From assembly GCA_036388355.1 (NCBI GenBank), contig DASVRZ010000017.1, forward strand, positions 6,514 through 70,513: a DNA stretch of 64,000 nt. Reading direction: 5' to 3'. The translations under genes were made by a program, and so were the position numbers. A model generated the notes under the pieces. That model was not told the DNA's origin. It saw only the letters and a program-made list of their open reading frames with translations, and ran no database searches. This document shows, piece after piece, positions 9,469 through 18,897 of this stretch; the first letter of the stretch is position 1; each line of letters starts with the position of its first letter. The stretch comes from Chthoniobacterales bacterium (GTDB lineage Bacteria; Verrucomicrobiota; Verrucomicrobiia; Chthoniobacterales; DASVRZ01).

Positions 9469-10005
9469 ATGAATCAATTATTTACTCTCCCGCTCCTCTT
9501 CGCTGTGGGAATCCTCACTTTCGGCTGTGAAAAAAAGGCGGACGCGCCGGTCATCGACATCACCAAGACACCCGCCGCTCCCACTGAGACTCTCGAAACC
9601 AAAAAGCTCGGCGGCTTCATCGATCAATACGTCACCACCCCGAGTGCAGAAAACGCCGCCCGTGTGCAACGCGCTTTCGCTGATCTCGACGGAGAGATTG
9701 CCGAACTCCAGGAACGCGTGACGCAGACCAACGGCAACGACCGAGCCGAAGCGCAAGCCAAGCTGGATAATTTGCTCACCTACCGCAACGCCGAGACCGC
9801 CCGCTTCGCCGCCGCCACTTCCACCCTGCCCGTCACCACAATGACACCGGTGCGGCCAGTCGATACTCGCACAGGAGCCGAGAAACTGGGGGACAGTGTG
9901 GAAAAAGCCGCCAACGGAATTCAGGACACCGCGAAGAAAATCGGCAACTCCGTCGAAAAGGGCGCCGAGAACGCCGGGGACAAAGTCCAAGACGCGACCG
10001 AGTAA
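9469..10005 (+). CDS. Hypothetical helical lipoprotein
   Basis: Lipobox-like LTFGC and an amphipathic repeat tail (KLGDSVEKAA...KIGNSVEKGA). Confidence 0.75.
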   Translation: MNQLFTLPLLFAVGILTFGCEKKADAPVIDITKTPAAPTETLETKKLGGFIDQYVTTPSAENAARVQRAFADLDGEIAELQERVTQTNGNDRAEAQAKLDNLLTYRNAETARFAAATSTLPVTTMTPVRPVDTRTGAEKLGDSVEKAANGIQDTAKKIGNSVEKGAENAGDKVQDATE

Positions 10006-10119
10006 GCCTCTCCGCGACTCACGGGAGCCGACATCAATCGCCTCCCCCTTCCCTCGCGGCAGCCCATCAGCCCATCAGCGCAGCGCGCCATCCGTCCGCT
10101 GGACTTCACCTCCAACTTC

Positions 10120-10157
10120 AAAAAACTTCCCGCTCCTTTGATGACGGGAGGTTTTTT
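10120..10157. terminator. Bidirectional rho-independent terminator
   Basis: AAAAAACTTCCCG...CGGGAGGTTTTTT between convergent genes. Confidence 0.75.
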
Positions 10158-10167
10158 GCGTCGGCGT

Positions 10168-10470
10168 TTACAGCACCACCACGTCCCGCTGGATAATGAG
10201 GATCGTCTCCTGCTCGAACGCTGTCTCCAGCCGCGCTTTAAACGCCTGCATATCGAACTCCTCTGACCCTTCCGCGAGCACGCGCAGAATCGTTATCGCC
10301 TCCCTAAACGTCACCCGGCCCATACGCCAAGCCCCCTCATTCGGCTGCTTCAGATGCGTGTAACCGCCAAAAGCAGTCTTCAACTCCTCCTTGAAACCCT
10401 CAACCATGGTCACATCAATGAGCGTCCCGTCGTTCTTGGACATCGGAAGATAAATTTCGAATTCTTTCAT
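10168..10470 (-). CDS. Small hypothetical protein
   Basis: 100-aa ORF with natural composition (EIYLP..NDG, FGGYT, GAW, FEQETILI), ending at the terminator. Confidence 0.7.
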   Translation of the reverse strand: MKEFEIYLPMSKNDGTLIDVTMVEGFKEELKTAFGGYTHLKQPNEGAWRMGRVTFREAITILRVLAEGSEEFDMQAFKARLETAFEQETILIIQRDVVVL

Positions 10471-10931
10471 ATTAGTGTTCTGTTCGACCGGTTAAACCAC
10501 GAATCGGCCCTGACCTCCACTGATACTTCGGCATGAACGCCGCTCTTAGTCGCGCGTAATGTGCCGCTCCCAGCGTTGTGGCGAGACAATAGTTTTACAA
10601 TGACTGCGGGTATCGGATGTCCACCTGATGAATTAGCAGCTTGCTGCGAGCCTGGGTGTTCAGCTTGTTCTTCGCCCACGTCTGAATATCACGCACCCGG
10701 ACTGAAATGGGTGAGGGCCGCGCTTTGGAAAAATCGCAGCAGCCTAACATTGACGAGCCTGAGTCCTACGCACTTTGGGAGGCATTTCCAAGTGCATGTC
10801 TATGTTGCTTCTGAGTGGCGCAGCTCGCCCGGGCCACAGATTATGGTTCGAGAAACACCATTGAACGCGGCCATCCGTGAGCGGAGTCGCACAACCTTGG
10901 AAGCTACACAACATCCCCCTCCCTTTTATCC

Positions 10932-11314
10932 ATGCCTTGATTTTCTCCGATCCCAAAGACGTTCACGAGCATCATTGCAGAACGGACGCTTGTGCTGGGC
11001 GCGGGAGACAAGCAGCGGCACGTTCGGCTGCAAATCGGGATGCCCACTCAGAACGTTCCTTCCCGGGCGAGTCGAGACTGGAGATGCCCCTTCCGCTTGA
11101 CCGGCGCGTCTCGCGGCAAACGCCCACTTCAAGGCTACGGAGTGGATTCGCTTCAAGTCTCGTTCGTGCACTCTCCCGAATTCAACATGAACTCGCGGCT
11201 CCTGAGCAACAAAGCGGCGAACGCCTTCTTTGGCTGGGGGAGCTAACACACCACTTCCCAGAGATTCGCCTTGTTTCACCGCCGTGCATCGACAACGCCA
11301 CTCAGCATTTGTAA
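10932..11314 (+). pseudogene. Disrupted small protein gene (DUF6968-like)
   Basis: ATG-CCT-TGA nonsense codon at 10938, then IIAERTLVLG...VRLQIGMP...DWRCPFRLTG...GVDSLQ. After a frameshift near 11156 it continues LVRALSRIQHEL...LLWLGE. Confidence 0.6.
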
Positions 11315-11424
11315 ACGGAGTCTAACCATTGAAGCCCAAGTGAGTAGCTTGCGGTCCCCAGCATAGCCGGGCGTGTTCTCTCCGTAGAAGGCGTTTATGG
11401 CGTTCTCCATTGAGAGTGGCGTCG

Positions 11425-12159
11425 CTATTCTACCATGGGTGCTGGAGCTCCGGGAAAGGGCAGCCATGAGATCTCCGGAAGCGGTTCATCCGGACCCGTT
11501 GTTGGTTCTTTGGAGAAGATCTCTCGAGTGGTCACCGCGACATGCCCGTCCACAAACAACACGTGGGTCGTTGCTGTGGGAGAATTCACCTTCCGATTGA
11601 AGCGATACGACACCGCCCCCGGCAGCAATCCCGGGTCGGTGGAAGACGATTCGCCGAGGAACACCACCGAACGGGGATTTTGCACATCAGAAATGGCGTA
11701 GGCCGTCTGCCTTAGCACAGGCTGCAGATAGCGGTTCATCGCATACGGGAAAATGAAGGCCTCGTTGGTCTTGCCGAACATTTTCTCAATGATGGGGTCG
11801 CGCCAGATCGTTGCTGCCGGGTCGGTGCGGTCGAAGCCTGACGCTGTTAGCTTTCCATAGGGCACTTGGGAGAGATACGGCGGAAGAGCGTTATACCATA
11901 CCTCCGGGCGGCTCGCATCGGGCTGGGCCGGGCCCACGCTTGGCAACCGGTTTTCGTGGTCGAGGAGATAGAGATTTAACCCGATGCCCCACTGCACCAA
12001 GTTGTTCATGGCCATCGTGCTCGCGGCTGCCGATTTTTTATGCGAGAGAAACGGGATCAGTGTTAACACCAACATCACGAGGAGCACGACTACCAGCAGG
12101 ATCTCCCGCGTCGAGATGCCGCTCGTGCTGCGTTCCATTGCTTTGTGGTGAAAAGCCAT
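11425..12159 (-). CDS. Pilin/pseudopilin-like protein with C-terminal H-X9-DG-type motif
   Basis: Degenerate type IV leader G|ISTREILLVVVLL, NNLVQWGIGLNLY, YAMN, HVLFVDGHV. Alternative start at 12138. Confidence 0.75.
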   Translation of the reverse strand: MAFHHKAMERSTSGISTREILLVVVLLVMLVLTLIPFLSHKKSAAASTMAMNNLVQWGIGLNLYLLDHENRLPSVGPAQPDASRPEVWYNALPPYLSQVPYGKLTASGFDRTDPAATIWRDPIIEKMFGKTNEAFIFPYAMNRYLQPVLRQTAYAISDVQNPRSVVFLGESSSTDPGLLPGAVSYRFNRKVNSPTATTHVLFVDGHVAVTTREIFSKEPTTGPDEPLPEISWLPFPGAPAPMVE

Positions 12160-12165
12160 GGATAA

Positions 12166-13656
12166 CTATGGGGAAGCCGCGGAATGGAGCTTCCATCCGG
12201 CGGGTTGGTGGCGGTTAATGCTCGGATCGGCCATGCGGCGCAGGTAGTCGGCAAAAAAGACATACTCTGGCGTTTTCACGACCGACCGGAAACTGGCGCG
12301 ATCCAGATCAAGCCGTTTCGCAATGAGCCGTCCGAGGTAATCGCTCGTGGTGATCGTTCGCATGTCGGTCGCCTGCAGAGTCGGAGCCGAGTAGAGGGTG
12401 AAAAAGGAATCCTTCCCCAGCTCCCCACACTGCTCGGGCGTGATTTCGAACTGCACCAGCCCGGTCGCCCACGGGAGGCAGGCAAAAATGTCGCTCGTCC
12501 GAATCTCGCCTTTTGGCCAGCCAGCGCGCACCGATTCCAGCGAATAGACCGCGGTGGTCGTCCCTCGCACTGAGGCGAGGGCCGCTAGATAACGGTCCAG
12601 CACCCCCTCCGGACCCACGGCGCTCGCCGCACGCGCCACGTGAGCGTCGGCGGCTTTGATCCGCGACGCATAACTCTTCAAAACCCGTCCCACCTGATCA
12701 TCAGCCGCGGCAGTGTTCGAGACCATGGGGAGAATCTGCTGCTTCTGGAGGATCCACTTTCCACCCACCCGTTTCAGATCCGCCCGCGCTAGTGCGAATC
12801 CCTTGTTGTTGCGGAGGATGTTGAGCGACACGGGCGGGCTCCACGCAGACGTGGAGGTGGAAACCCAAGCGTCCATCTTTTCGCGACTGTAAACGCGGTG
12901 GGCGAGAACGAAGTTGACCGCCAGCTTCTGCAACTCCGCGAGAAACGGCGGCGCGGCGGCTCCGTCATTTTCGAACTTCATCCAGCCAAACAGCCGAACC
13001 ACCTTTTCGTTGGGAGCCGGCAGTTTTTGCACCAGACTCGCATAACCGCGGAACGGCCTCACCTGTTCTGCCGCGCCGAAAACACTCGGAAATCGCGCCG
13101 GAAACTCCTCCAGCATGGTGTCTCCGTAGAAATTCGTCAGCAACTGCACCTCCAAACCCGGTTTTTGGATCGTCGTGGAAAATTGGGTCCCCGGAATTGC
13201 AGGCGCCCCGCTAACGGTCTCAAACGGACACAACACCGGCATCTTGAGCTGCTTCAATGTCTCCGGCGTCAGCTCCGCGTCCAAATTACCTAACATCACT
13301 GCGTCGTATTTCAGCTCATTGAAAAACGTAGCCACATTAGCCCCCTGCGTCACTGCGGAAGAGAACGACCCGGTGAGACTATCCCCCAGATCGACCAGCA
13401 GCACAGGAGTCTTCGTCCGTCGCGCTTCTTCGCGCACCTGCTTCACATACCCAGCGATGTAAGGATAATTCTGCAACCCGCTGCCCGCGACTCCCTCCGG
13501 CACCACATTACCCCGCAACCGCCCCGTTTGGAGGATGATGAGGTCAGGCGCCTCCCCCTGTGCGACCGGCCTGGAACAGGAGGAGACGAGCAAGCTTCCC
13601 GCCACGCCAAGAACGCAGACTCCTCCCAATAGCAGGAGTTTCTTTAAAGCTAGCAT
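12166..13656 (-). CDS. 5'-nucleotidase/metallophosphoesterase-like exported protein with degenerate metal site
   Basis: LLVDLGD, YDAVMLGN, and a C-terminal 5'-nucleotidase-like segment (VRAGWPKGEIRTSDIFACLPW). Hydrophobic N-terminus ending in SSC. Start at ATG 13656. Confidence 0.75.
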   Translation of the reverse strand: MLALKKLLLLGGVCVLGVAGSLLVSSCSRPVAQGEAPDLIILQTGRLRGNVVPEGVAGSGLQNYPYIAGYVKQVREEARRTKTPVLLVDLGDSLTGSFSSAVTQGANVATFFNELKYDAVMLGNLDAELTPETLKQLKMPVLCPFETVSGAPAIPGTQFSTTIQKPGLEVQLLTNFYGDTMLEEFPARFPSVFGAAEQVRPFRGYASLVQKLPAPNEKVVRLFGWMKFENDGAAAPPFLAELQKLAVNFVLAHRVYSREKMDAWVSTSTSAWSPPVSLNILRNNKGFALARADLKRVGGKWILQKQQILPMVSNTAAADDQVGRVLKSYASRIKAADAHVARAASAVGPEGVLDRYLAALASVRGTTTAVYSLESVRAGWPKGEIRTSDIFACLPWATGLVQFEITPEQCGELGKDSFFTLYSAPTLQATDMRTITTSDYLGRLIAKRLDLDRASFRSVVKTPEYVFFADYLRRMADPSINRHQPAGWKLHSAASP

Positions 13657-13681
13657 CAGAGCGGGCAGTTTTCTTATCGCC

Positions 13682-14356
13682 CTATTCCTTTGTATTGTAA
13701 ACAAGCTCGAACTTTTGTTTCCCTTCCGAGTCATCGTATATGACCACCAGGTAGTCGCCGTGCTCCTCCGGACTAAATTGCACATTATCCCGAGTCTGCT
13801 TATACGGTGCATCTGTCGGAGCGGGCGGGACAGTACTCACCCGGATGTTCTGCTTAGAATCCAATGGTGTCAGCTTCATCGATGGCAGATCGACAGGCAC
13901 TCGGTTGATAAACACTCTACAGGATGGTTGCTCCGAAACGTAAATTCCCGTGAAACGGAACCCCGCCTGCTTCGGCTTATCGGGAATCTGCGTCATCTGG
14001 AGCAGTGTTTCTTTGATCCCATCGGCTTTGTCTTTCGTGATCGTATAGCCGATGCAGAGAGCAGACGCTCCGGGAGAAATGACGATGGTTTGGGTGATAG
14101 GTTTCGCGCCCTCTGCTTCGAGAGTGAAATTACGAGATCCAGGCGAAAGTGGGCCTCCTAATGAGTAAGCCCCTGGCTTATAACCGTCTGGTCCATAAGG
14201 CTTGCCATCGACTTTGAGCGTGATGACACTCGGTAGGTTCGCGCAATTGATGAAAGAGAAGACCCCGTTGGTGGGTGGTTCCTGCGCGTTTCCAGAGCTG
14301 ACCAAAGTGGCGACCCAGCATAAAGCCGAGAGGAGGAGGTTAGAGATTCGACTCAT
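13682..14356 (-). CDS. Secreted beta-rich hypothetical protein
   Basis: Signal peptide; start overlaps the end of cassette gene A, implying translational coupling. Confidence 0.75.
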   Translation of the reverse strand: MSRISNLLLSALCWVATLVSSGNAQEPPTNGVFSFINCANLPSVITLKVDGKPYGPDGYKPGAYSLGGPLSPGSRNFTLEAEGAKPITQTIVISPGASALCIGYTITKDKADGIKETLLQMTQIPDKPKQAGFRFTGIYVSEQPSCRVFINRVPVDLPSMKLTPLDSKQNIRVSTVPPAPTDAPYKQTRDNVQFSPEEHGDYLVVIYDDSEGKQKFELVYNTKE

Positions 14357-17297
14357 ATAGATTCTTTACGGTGACTCGTTTCGTACTATCTACCGCTCCG
14401 GAAGCGGTCCTGGGCGGGGCGACGAAGAGCTGAAAACATTTTGTGCTTTGGGAAACCACACGCCCTTGGGCATTGAGCACCTGACCCGCGACATAGACCC
14501 GGAAGTTACGGCTGCGCACTGTCGCCAGGTCGAAGGCCTTCGCAAAGATTTCCTCTCGTCCTAGATCTGTCCAGGCTGTGGGTTGCTTCGATGCTGGCCA
14601 AAGTTTTGGATTTCCAAACAACGGCAGCTTGATCTTCGGGCTGGCGGTTGACTGAGGATCATCCTTCGACGTGCGAATATGCGACAACTTGGCAAGGCTC
14701 AGATAAGGGCGGTTTGCAATGATAGTATCGGCGAATATGTCTGCGGCGACAATGGGCACGGCGGCGCTATTGGGCGCATAGAGAGTATTTAGCAAGCTTG
14801 CGGGCTCGATATCGGGATCTCGCTCGAGGGCGATGCCTGTATAGAGGGCTCGCAGAACGTCCCGGCTCGCGGTATTGATGTTCACCCGTCCTCGCAGCGA
14901 TTGTTGGTTGTTAGCATTGGCTGTAAACAGGTCGAGCAGTTGCGCAGCACGTGTTCCATCGGTGTCCAGAGTTAGAAACTCCCCTCTGCCAATACGCAGG
15001 CTCGAGGAAAGACCGTAGTGGGAAGACTCCCGTGGCTCCGCGCCCGTATCTGCCAGCATGGGTTGGGCATCCAGGCTGGCCCAAGTGGATAGCATTGAGT
15101 CTTTGGAGGAGGGTCTGGCGGTGTTCGCGCCCGTAGGCTGCCAATCGGGACGCCATTGCGCAGGGTCATAAATGGAACCGAGTTCTAAGACGCTGGAATA
15201 GGTTCCGGAGTTACTAATGTGAGTCGGTGCGCGGTCGTCATGTCCGGGGCGTTTAGTGGAAGGTATATCTGTGGGCACCTTGTTGTTTCGGGCGCGGTCG
15301 GCTGCTGCCCCCGTGCCAGTAACCTCCTTATAGATTGAGATACCATGCGCCGTGTCGTGGCCACCATCCGGCCAGCTCTTTGGCGTTGCTTCTGCTGCGA
15401 TCCATTTCGGCGCGGCTTCGATGCTAAGTTCGTACTGGTAGGCCCGTCCATACCACGAACTTTGAAGATTGTAAGCCGCAGCAGACTGAACACCTTCCAT
15501 ATTGTAGCTACTCCTTGGATCACCCAAGTTGAAATTGCTTTCACCGAAGCCAGTTGAACCCGGCGGGAAAAATGAATATCGCAGTCCAGGGTAGGCTCCC
15601 CGCCATGTTGGACCATCTCCACTAGTTGCGTTCTCCGCATTTAACGTGCCGACATTTCTCTGAATGCGGCCTCCACCATCCGTCTGATCTCCACCTGGGC
15701 GGTCGACAATCCGTCCATTCCAAAGGACGCTATAATTGCTTGTGCGATGATCTCGATTAGCGCGATCCCTGTGCGAAATGCGTGGCTTGGTTGCAGTAGC
15801 ATTGATCCCGGGCATCGGGCCGCTGGATGGAGATCCTGTCTTGCGTGTATAGCTCACGGTCGGAAATGCGATTACTCGATATTCATTCTTCCGGAGAGGT
15901 GCAGCTGGTGAGAAGGTCTCCGTCTTGGCTACAGTGCCAGCTGGCTCTGGTGATAGAGGAGTCCCTTCGTTGGTGTTGGTAAAAATGGCATACTCATTGC
16001 CAGAGTCGTCCCATTCTAATGTGCCGGAGGTAATATCTTTGTCTGATAAGTTCCAGAGTTGAATCCATAGAGTCACGTCAACCTTCACGGCCCAATACCC
16101 TCCCTCTGAAAAAAATGCTTTACCATCAGAGCCATTCCTCCACCTAAATTGGGTATAATGCTCTGTAACAAACGGGTAGGAGTCGATTCCCCGATAGTCG
16201 GCACCCACGGTGGCGTCGTTGTCTGTATCCGCGTAGTCCACAATATTAGCGGCGAGGTTTTTGACGTAATCTTGAGGGGGCAAAGAAAGGCCGAAGCTCC
16301 CCTTGCGAGCCGCCGTGTTGAAGCGCGGTAAGTTGTCGTTAATGACTTTGGCTATCGCGGTCACGTTTGCCCCGGCACCGGGTTCGGCTAGCAGGGTGTT
16401 TAAGTTTGCCTTCGGCTTTCCTGCATCGCGGTAACCGAAGCCAAACGGAATCGTTTCTAGCTCCGTGTCGTAATGAAGCCCTGCCGCCAAGTTCTCCGTA
16501 ACTATGGAGGGTGTGGGAGCCGGCGAGGCCTGTGCAGTCGCCTGTAACAGACTCTGGGGCGTGAGCAGCATGCGCCGATTGGAAATTAGCTGCTTCGCGG
16601 CTGTGTTTCCCGGATCCACATCTGTGGAAGAATCGAAAAGAGTGAACAAGCTGATCTCTTTCGGATCTCGTCCGTCCACCCGGAGATGCACATCGTTTGT
16701 CCCGTCTGCATTCCCCACTGCTCCCGCGTCGAGATATCCTGCCAGGTCCTCCGCCCAATAGGCGTAGCGAATTCTCGGGAACTGCGGATCTCCCGTCTCT
16801 ACTGTTTCCCATGATGTATCAACTGTCGCGAGTGGCTTGCCCGCTGCAACATTGGCGAACGTCGGAATGACCGGTGGGTTATTCGACGCACCAGGACCCT
16901 TCGCCGGAGCAGGTGTCGGTGTCGGACCTGGAGTGGCAGATGGCGAACTGAGGTAGGTAAAGAGGGGGGTGTAGCTTGTGGCTGCGGGCACTCCTGCATC
17001 GTGATCCTTGCCCGTGCCAATGAAGTAGTAGGGTTTGTTAGTCGGCGACATCGCTTTGACGATGATGAAATGATCATTCGCGGTCTCTGTCGCGAGGATG
17101 TTCTTCACCTTTTCGAGCCCGGCGTTCACTGCGGCATCTGCTTTTAGAATGTTCAGGTAGGCGTGGGAGGTGCGCCGCTCCAGGCTCATGCTTTGCATGA
17201 ACGCTGTGACGGCTATCGTGAGAACCACCATAACTAGCAGTGTCACTACCAATGCGATGCCTCCCGTTTGTCTAGTTGTGGCTAAGCTTCCAAACAT
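14340..17297 (-). CDS. Verru_Chthon cassette protein A-like (PilX/GspK-like, about 985 aa)
   Basis: G|IALVVTLLVMVVL leader without Glu5, RIRYAYWAED, LAANIVDYADTD, GRVNINTAS, TVRSRNFRVYVAGQ. Confidence 0.85.
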   Translation of the reverse strand: MFGSLATTRQTGGIALVVTLLVMVVLTIAVTAFMQSMSLERRTSHAYLNILKADAAVNAGLEKVKNILATETANDHFIIVKAMSPTNKPYYFIGTGKDHDAGVPAATSYTPLFTYLSSPSATPGPTPTPAPAKGPGASNNPPVIPTFANVAAGKPLATVDTSWETVETGDPQFPRIRYAYWAEDLAGYLDAGAVGNADGTNDVHLRVDGRDPKEISLFTLFDSSTDVDPGNTAAKQLISNRRMLLTPQSLLQATAQASPAPTPSIVTENLAAGLHYDTELETIPFGFGYRDAGKPKANLNTLLAEPGAGANVTAIAKVINDNLPRFNTAARKGSFGLSLPPQDYVKNLAANIVDYADTDNDATVGADYRGIDSYPFVTEHYTQFRWRNGSDGKAFFSEGGYWAVKVDVTLWIQLWNLSDKDITSGTLEWDDSGNEYAIFTNTNEGTPLSPEPAGTVAKTETFSPAAPLRKNEYRVIAFPTVSYTRKTGSPSSGPMPGINATATKPRISHRDRANRDHRTSNYSVLWNGRIVDRPGGDQTDGGGRIQRNVGTLNAENATSGDGPTWRGAYPGLRYSFFPPGSTGFGESNFNLGDPRSSYNMEGVQSAAAYNLQSSWYGRAYQYELSIEAAPKWIAAEATPKSWPDGGHDTAHGISIYKEVTGTGAAADRARNNKVPTDIPSTKRPGHDDRAPTHISNSGTYSSVLELGSIYDPAQWRPDWQPTGANTARPSSKDSMLSTWASLDAQPMLADTGAEPRESSHYGLSSSLRIGRGEFLTLDTDGTRAAQLLDLFTANANNQQSLRGRVNINTASRDVLRALYTGIALERDPDIEPASLLNTLYAPNSAAVPIVAADIFADTIIANRPYLSLAKLSHIRTSKDDPQSTASPKIKLPLFGNPKLWPASKQPTAWTDLGREEIFAKAFDLATVRSRNFRVYVAGQVLNAQGRVVSQSTKCFQLFVAPPRTASGAVDSTKRVTVKNLYESNL

Positions 17298-17301
17298 TGT
17301 T

Positions 17302-18288
17302 TTACCGTCTGGGGAGATAAACACGGGTGGAGAACGTCCGACGGAACGGGGCGTTCTTTGCGCTTGTGAAGTTCATCCAGTCCGCGCGATTGAGGAATCG
17401 GTTCGCAGTGCTGTAGTTATAGGCGGTGATGGATATATCCACGGCGTAAGGAGTCCTTCTCGGGTCCCAAGGGACAATGTTCGCCATCGCCTCATCGTAG
17501 GCTTTCACTCGGAAATCGATGACGTTGCGAGCCAGCACCTCATCGTTCGGCGAAGGCGCGGCGATTAGCACGGGCTCTGTAGGCGGGTCTGCCGTGAAGC
17601 TTTTAATCCGCTGGAAGGTCCGGTCGCTATTCTCCGTAAAGCGGTAGAGTTTGAAGACGTTTGTAGTGCCCGGCGGCGCGCCTGCAGCAGGAGGATCATA
17701 ACGTTGGTAGTAGCCCACAAGGGCGACATCGCTTTTCGGTTCCTGCGGAGCCGCGGGGTTGGGCACCTGAGCCTTCGGCTCCGAAGCCGCCATGAAGAAC
17801 AACGCGTCGGACTCTCCACTGCGGCTGATGCCACGGGTCCCGAGTTGGGCGCCAGCCGCAGGTTGAGGGAAGGTGATCTGCGGATTTGCTGTTAGGTATT
17901 CGACATCGTTGACCACGTGAAAGTGCTGGAAGTCGGCGACGCCATTTGGAGTCGGCATAGGCGTCGGTGTGGGCACCGGAGAAGTGGTGGGAGTCGGCGT
18001 GGGTGTGGGGTATGGCTCTGGCCCAAGGTCGGGAGCAGGAACCATGGTCTGCAGGTCGCGGGTAATGATGAACAATGCCGCGCGGGCTTCGCGGAATGAA
18101 TCCACGCGTTGTTCCGATTGGTTCCAAGTTTGGGTGGTGCCGTCGACGACGGCGAAGAGCAGCAGGATGAAACTGCTCAAGATCGCCATGGTGACGAGGA
18201 GCTCCGTGAGCGTGAAGGCGCGTGCGCCGGAGCTGTCGGGCGTCTCTGCCGTGCACGAGTCTCGACGGCAGGAGAACGCCCGCTTCAT
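17302..18288 (-). CDS. Verru_Chthon cassette protein C-like (PilW/GspJ-like)
   Basis: A|FTLTELLVTMAIL, FREARAA...ITRDL, SDVALVGYY, VLARNVIDF; Pro-Thr linker. Confidence 0.85.
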   Translation of the reverse strand: MKRAFSCRRDSCTAETPDSSGARAFTLTELLVTMAILSSFILLLFAVVDGTTQTWNQSEQRVDSFREARAALFIITRDLQTMVPAPDLGPEPYPTPTPTPTTSPVPTPTPMPTPNGVADFQHFHVVNDVEYLTANPQITFPQPAAGAQLGTRGISRSGESDALFFMAASEPKAQVPNPAAPQEPKSDVALVGYYQRYDPPAAGAPPGTTNVFKLYRFTENSDRTFQRIKSFTADPPTEPVLIAAPSPNDEVLARNVIDFRVKAYDEAMANIVPWDPRRTPYAVDISITAYNYSTANRFLNRADWMNFTSAKNAPFRRTFSTRVYLPRR

Positions 18289-18890
18289 CGCATGTCTCCC
18301 ATTAAGGTGACGACCGGGTATTTCGTCCGGTAGGCAACCGGAGCGATGGCGGGAGATTCGACGGTAACGGTCACTTGCGCCAGTGCTGGCGCGGTGGTGC
18401 TAACCAGCCGGGACTCGATCTTCACGATGAAGTCGGCGTCGGGCGTGCCGTGGGTGTAGTTCACGGCAATTGGCTCACGTCGACTTGGGGCGGGGTTGCT
18501 ATTCTTGTCCTTGTAGGTCGGTGTGCCATCCGAACTGTAGGCGACGTATTTCACCGCACCGACGGCTTGCGATAAGTCATAGGGAGAGACCGCACTGGCT
18601 GAGGGCGGCGCGGCGGGTGCAGCGAGATCTTCCGGTAATGGCACGAGCATCACTCTGGCCGCTTGGAAATTCCCAGTGCGCAGATCGCTCAGCACGGTCC
18701 GGGCGATCTGGACGACGATCGTCTCGACGCGACTGTCGTTGGCGCTGCGAAGACCCACCGGAAAGAGCGCCAGGATGGCCACGATGGCGAACGCAAAGAT
18801 CCCCACCGCCAGCGCCACCTCGACTAATGTAAAGGCGGCCCGCCCGTTCCGCTTGGCAGCAACGGGCCGGGATGTGCAGAGCAGGCTCAT
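18285..18890 (-). CDS. Verru_Chthon cassette protein B-like (PilV/GspI-like)
   Basis: A|FTLVEVALAVGIFAFAIVAILALFPVGL. Start at ATG 18890; ATGA overlap with gene C. Confidence 0.85.
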   Translation of the reverse strand: MSLLCTSRPVAAKRNGRAAFTLVEVALAVGIFAFAIVAILALFPVGLRSANDSRVETIVVQIARTVLSDLRTGNFQAARVMLVPLPEDLAAPAAPPSASAVSPYDLSQAVGAVKYVAYSSDGTPTYKDKNSNPAPSRREPIAVNYTHGTPDADFIVKIESRLVSTTAPALAQVTVTVESPAIAPVAYRTKYPVVTLMGDMR

Positions 18891-18897
18891 AGTTTCC

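Noticed and set aside
10742..11420. Possible attC remnants around the pseudogene (GCCTAAC at 10742, GTCTAAC just after the 11314 stop)
   Set aside because: No matching GTTRRRY core or paired inner arms could be identified; 7-mers alone are expected by chance.
17945..18012. Tandem-like DNA repeats
   Set aside because: They encode a Pro-Thr linker in cassette protein C and are not a CRISPR or a separate repeat element.
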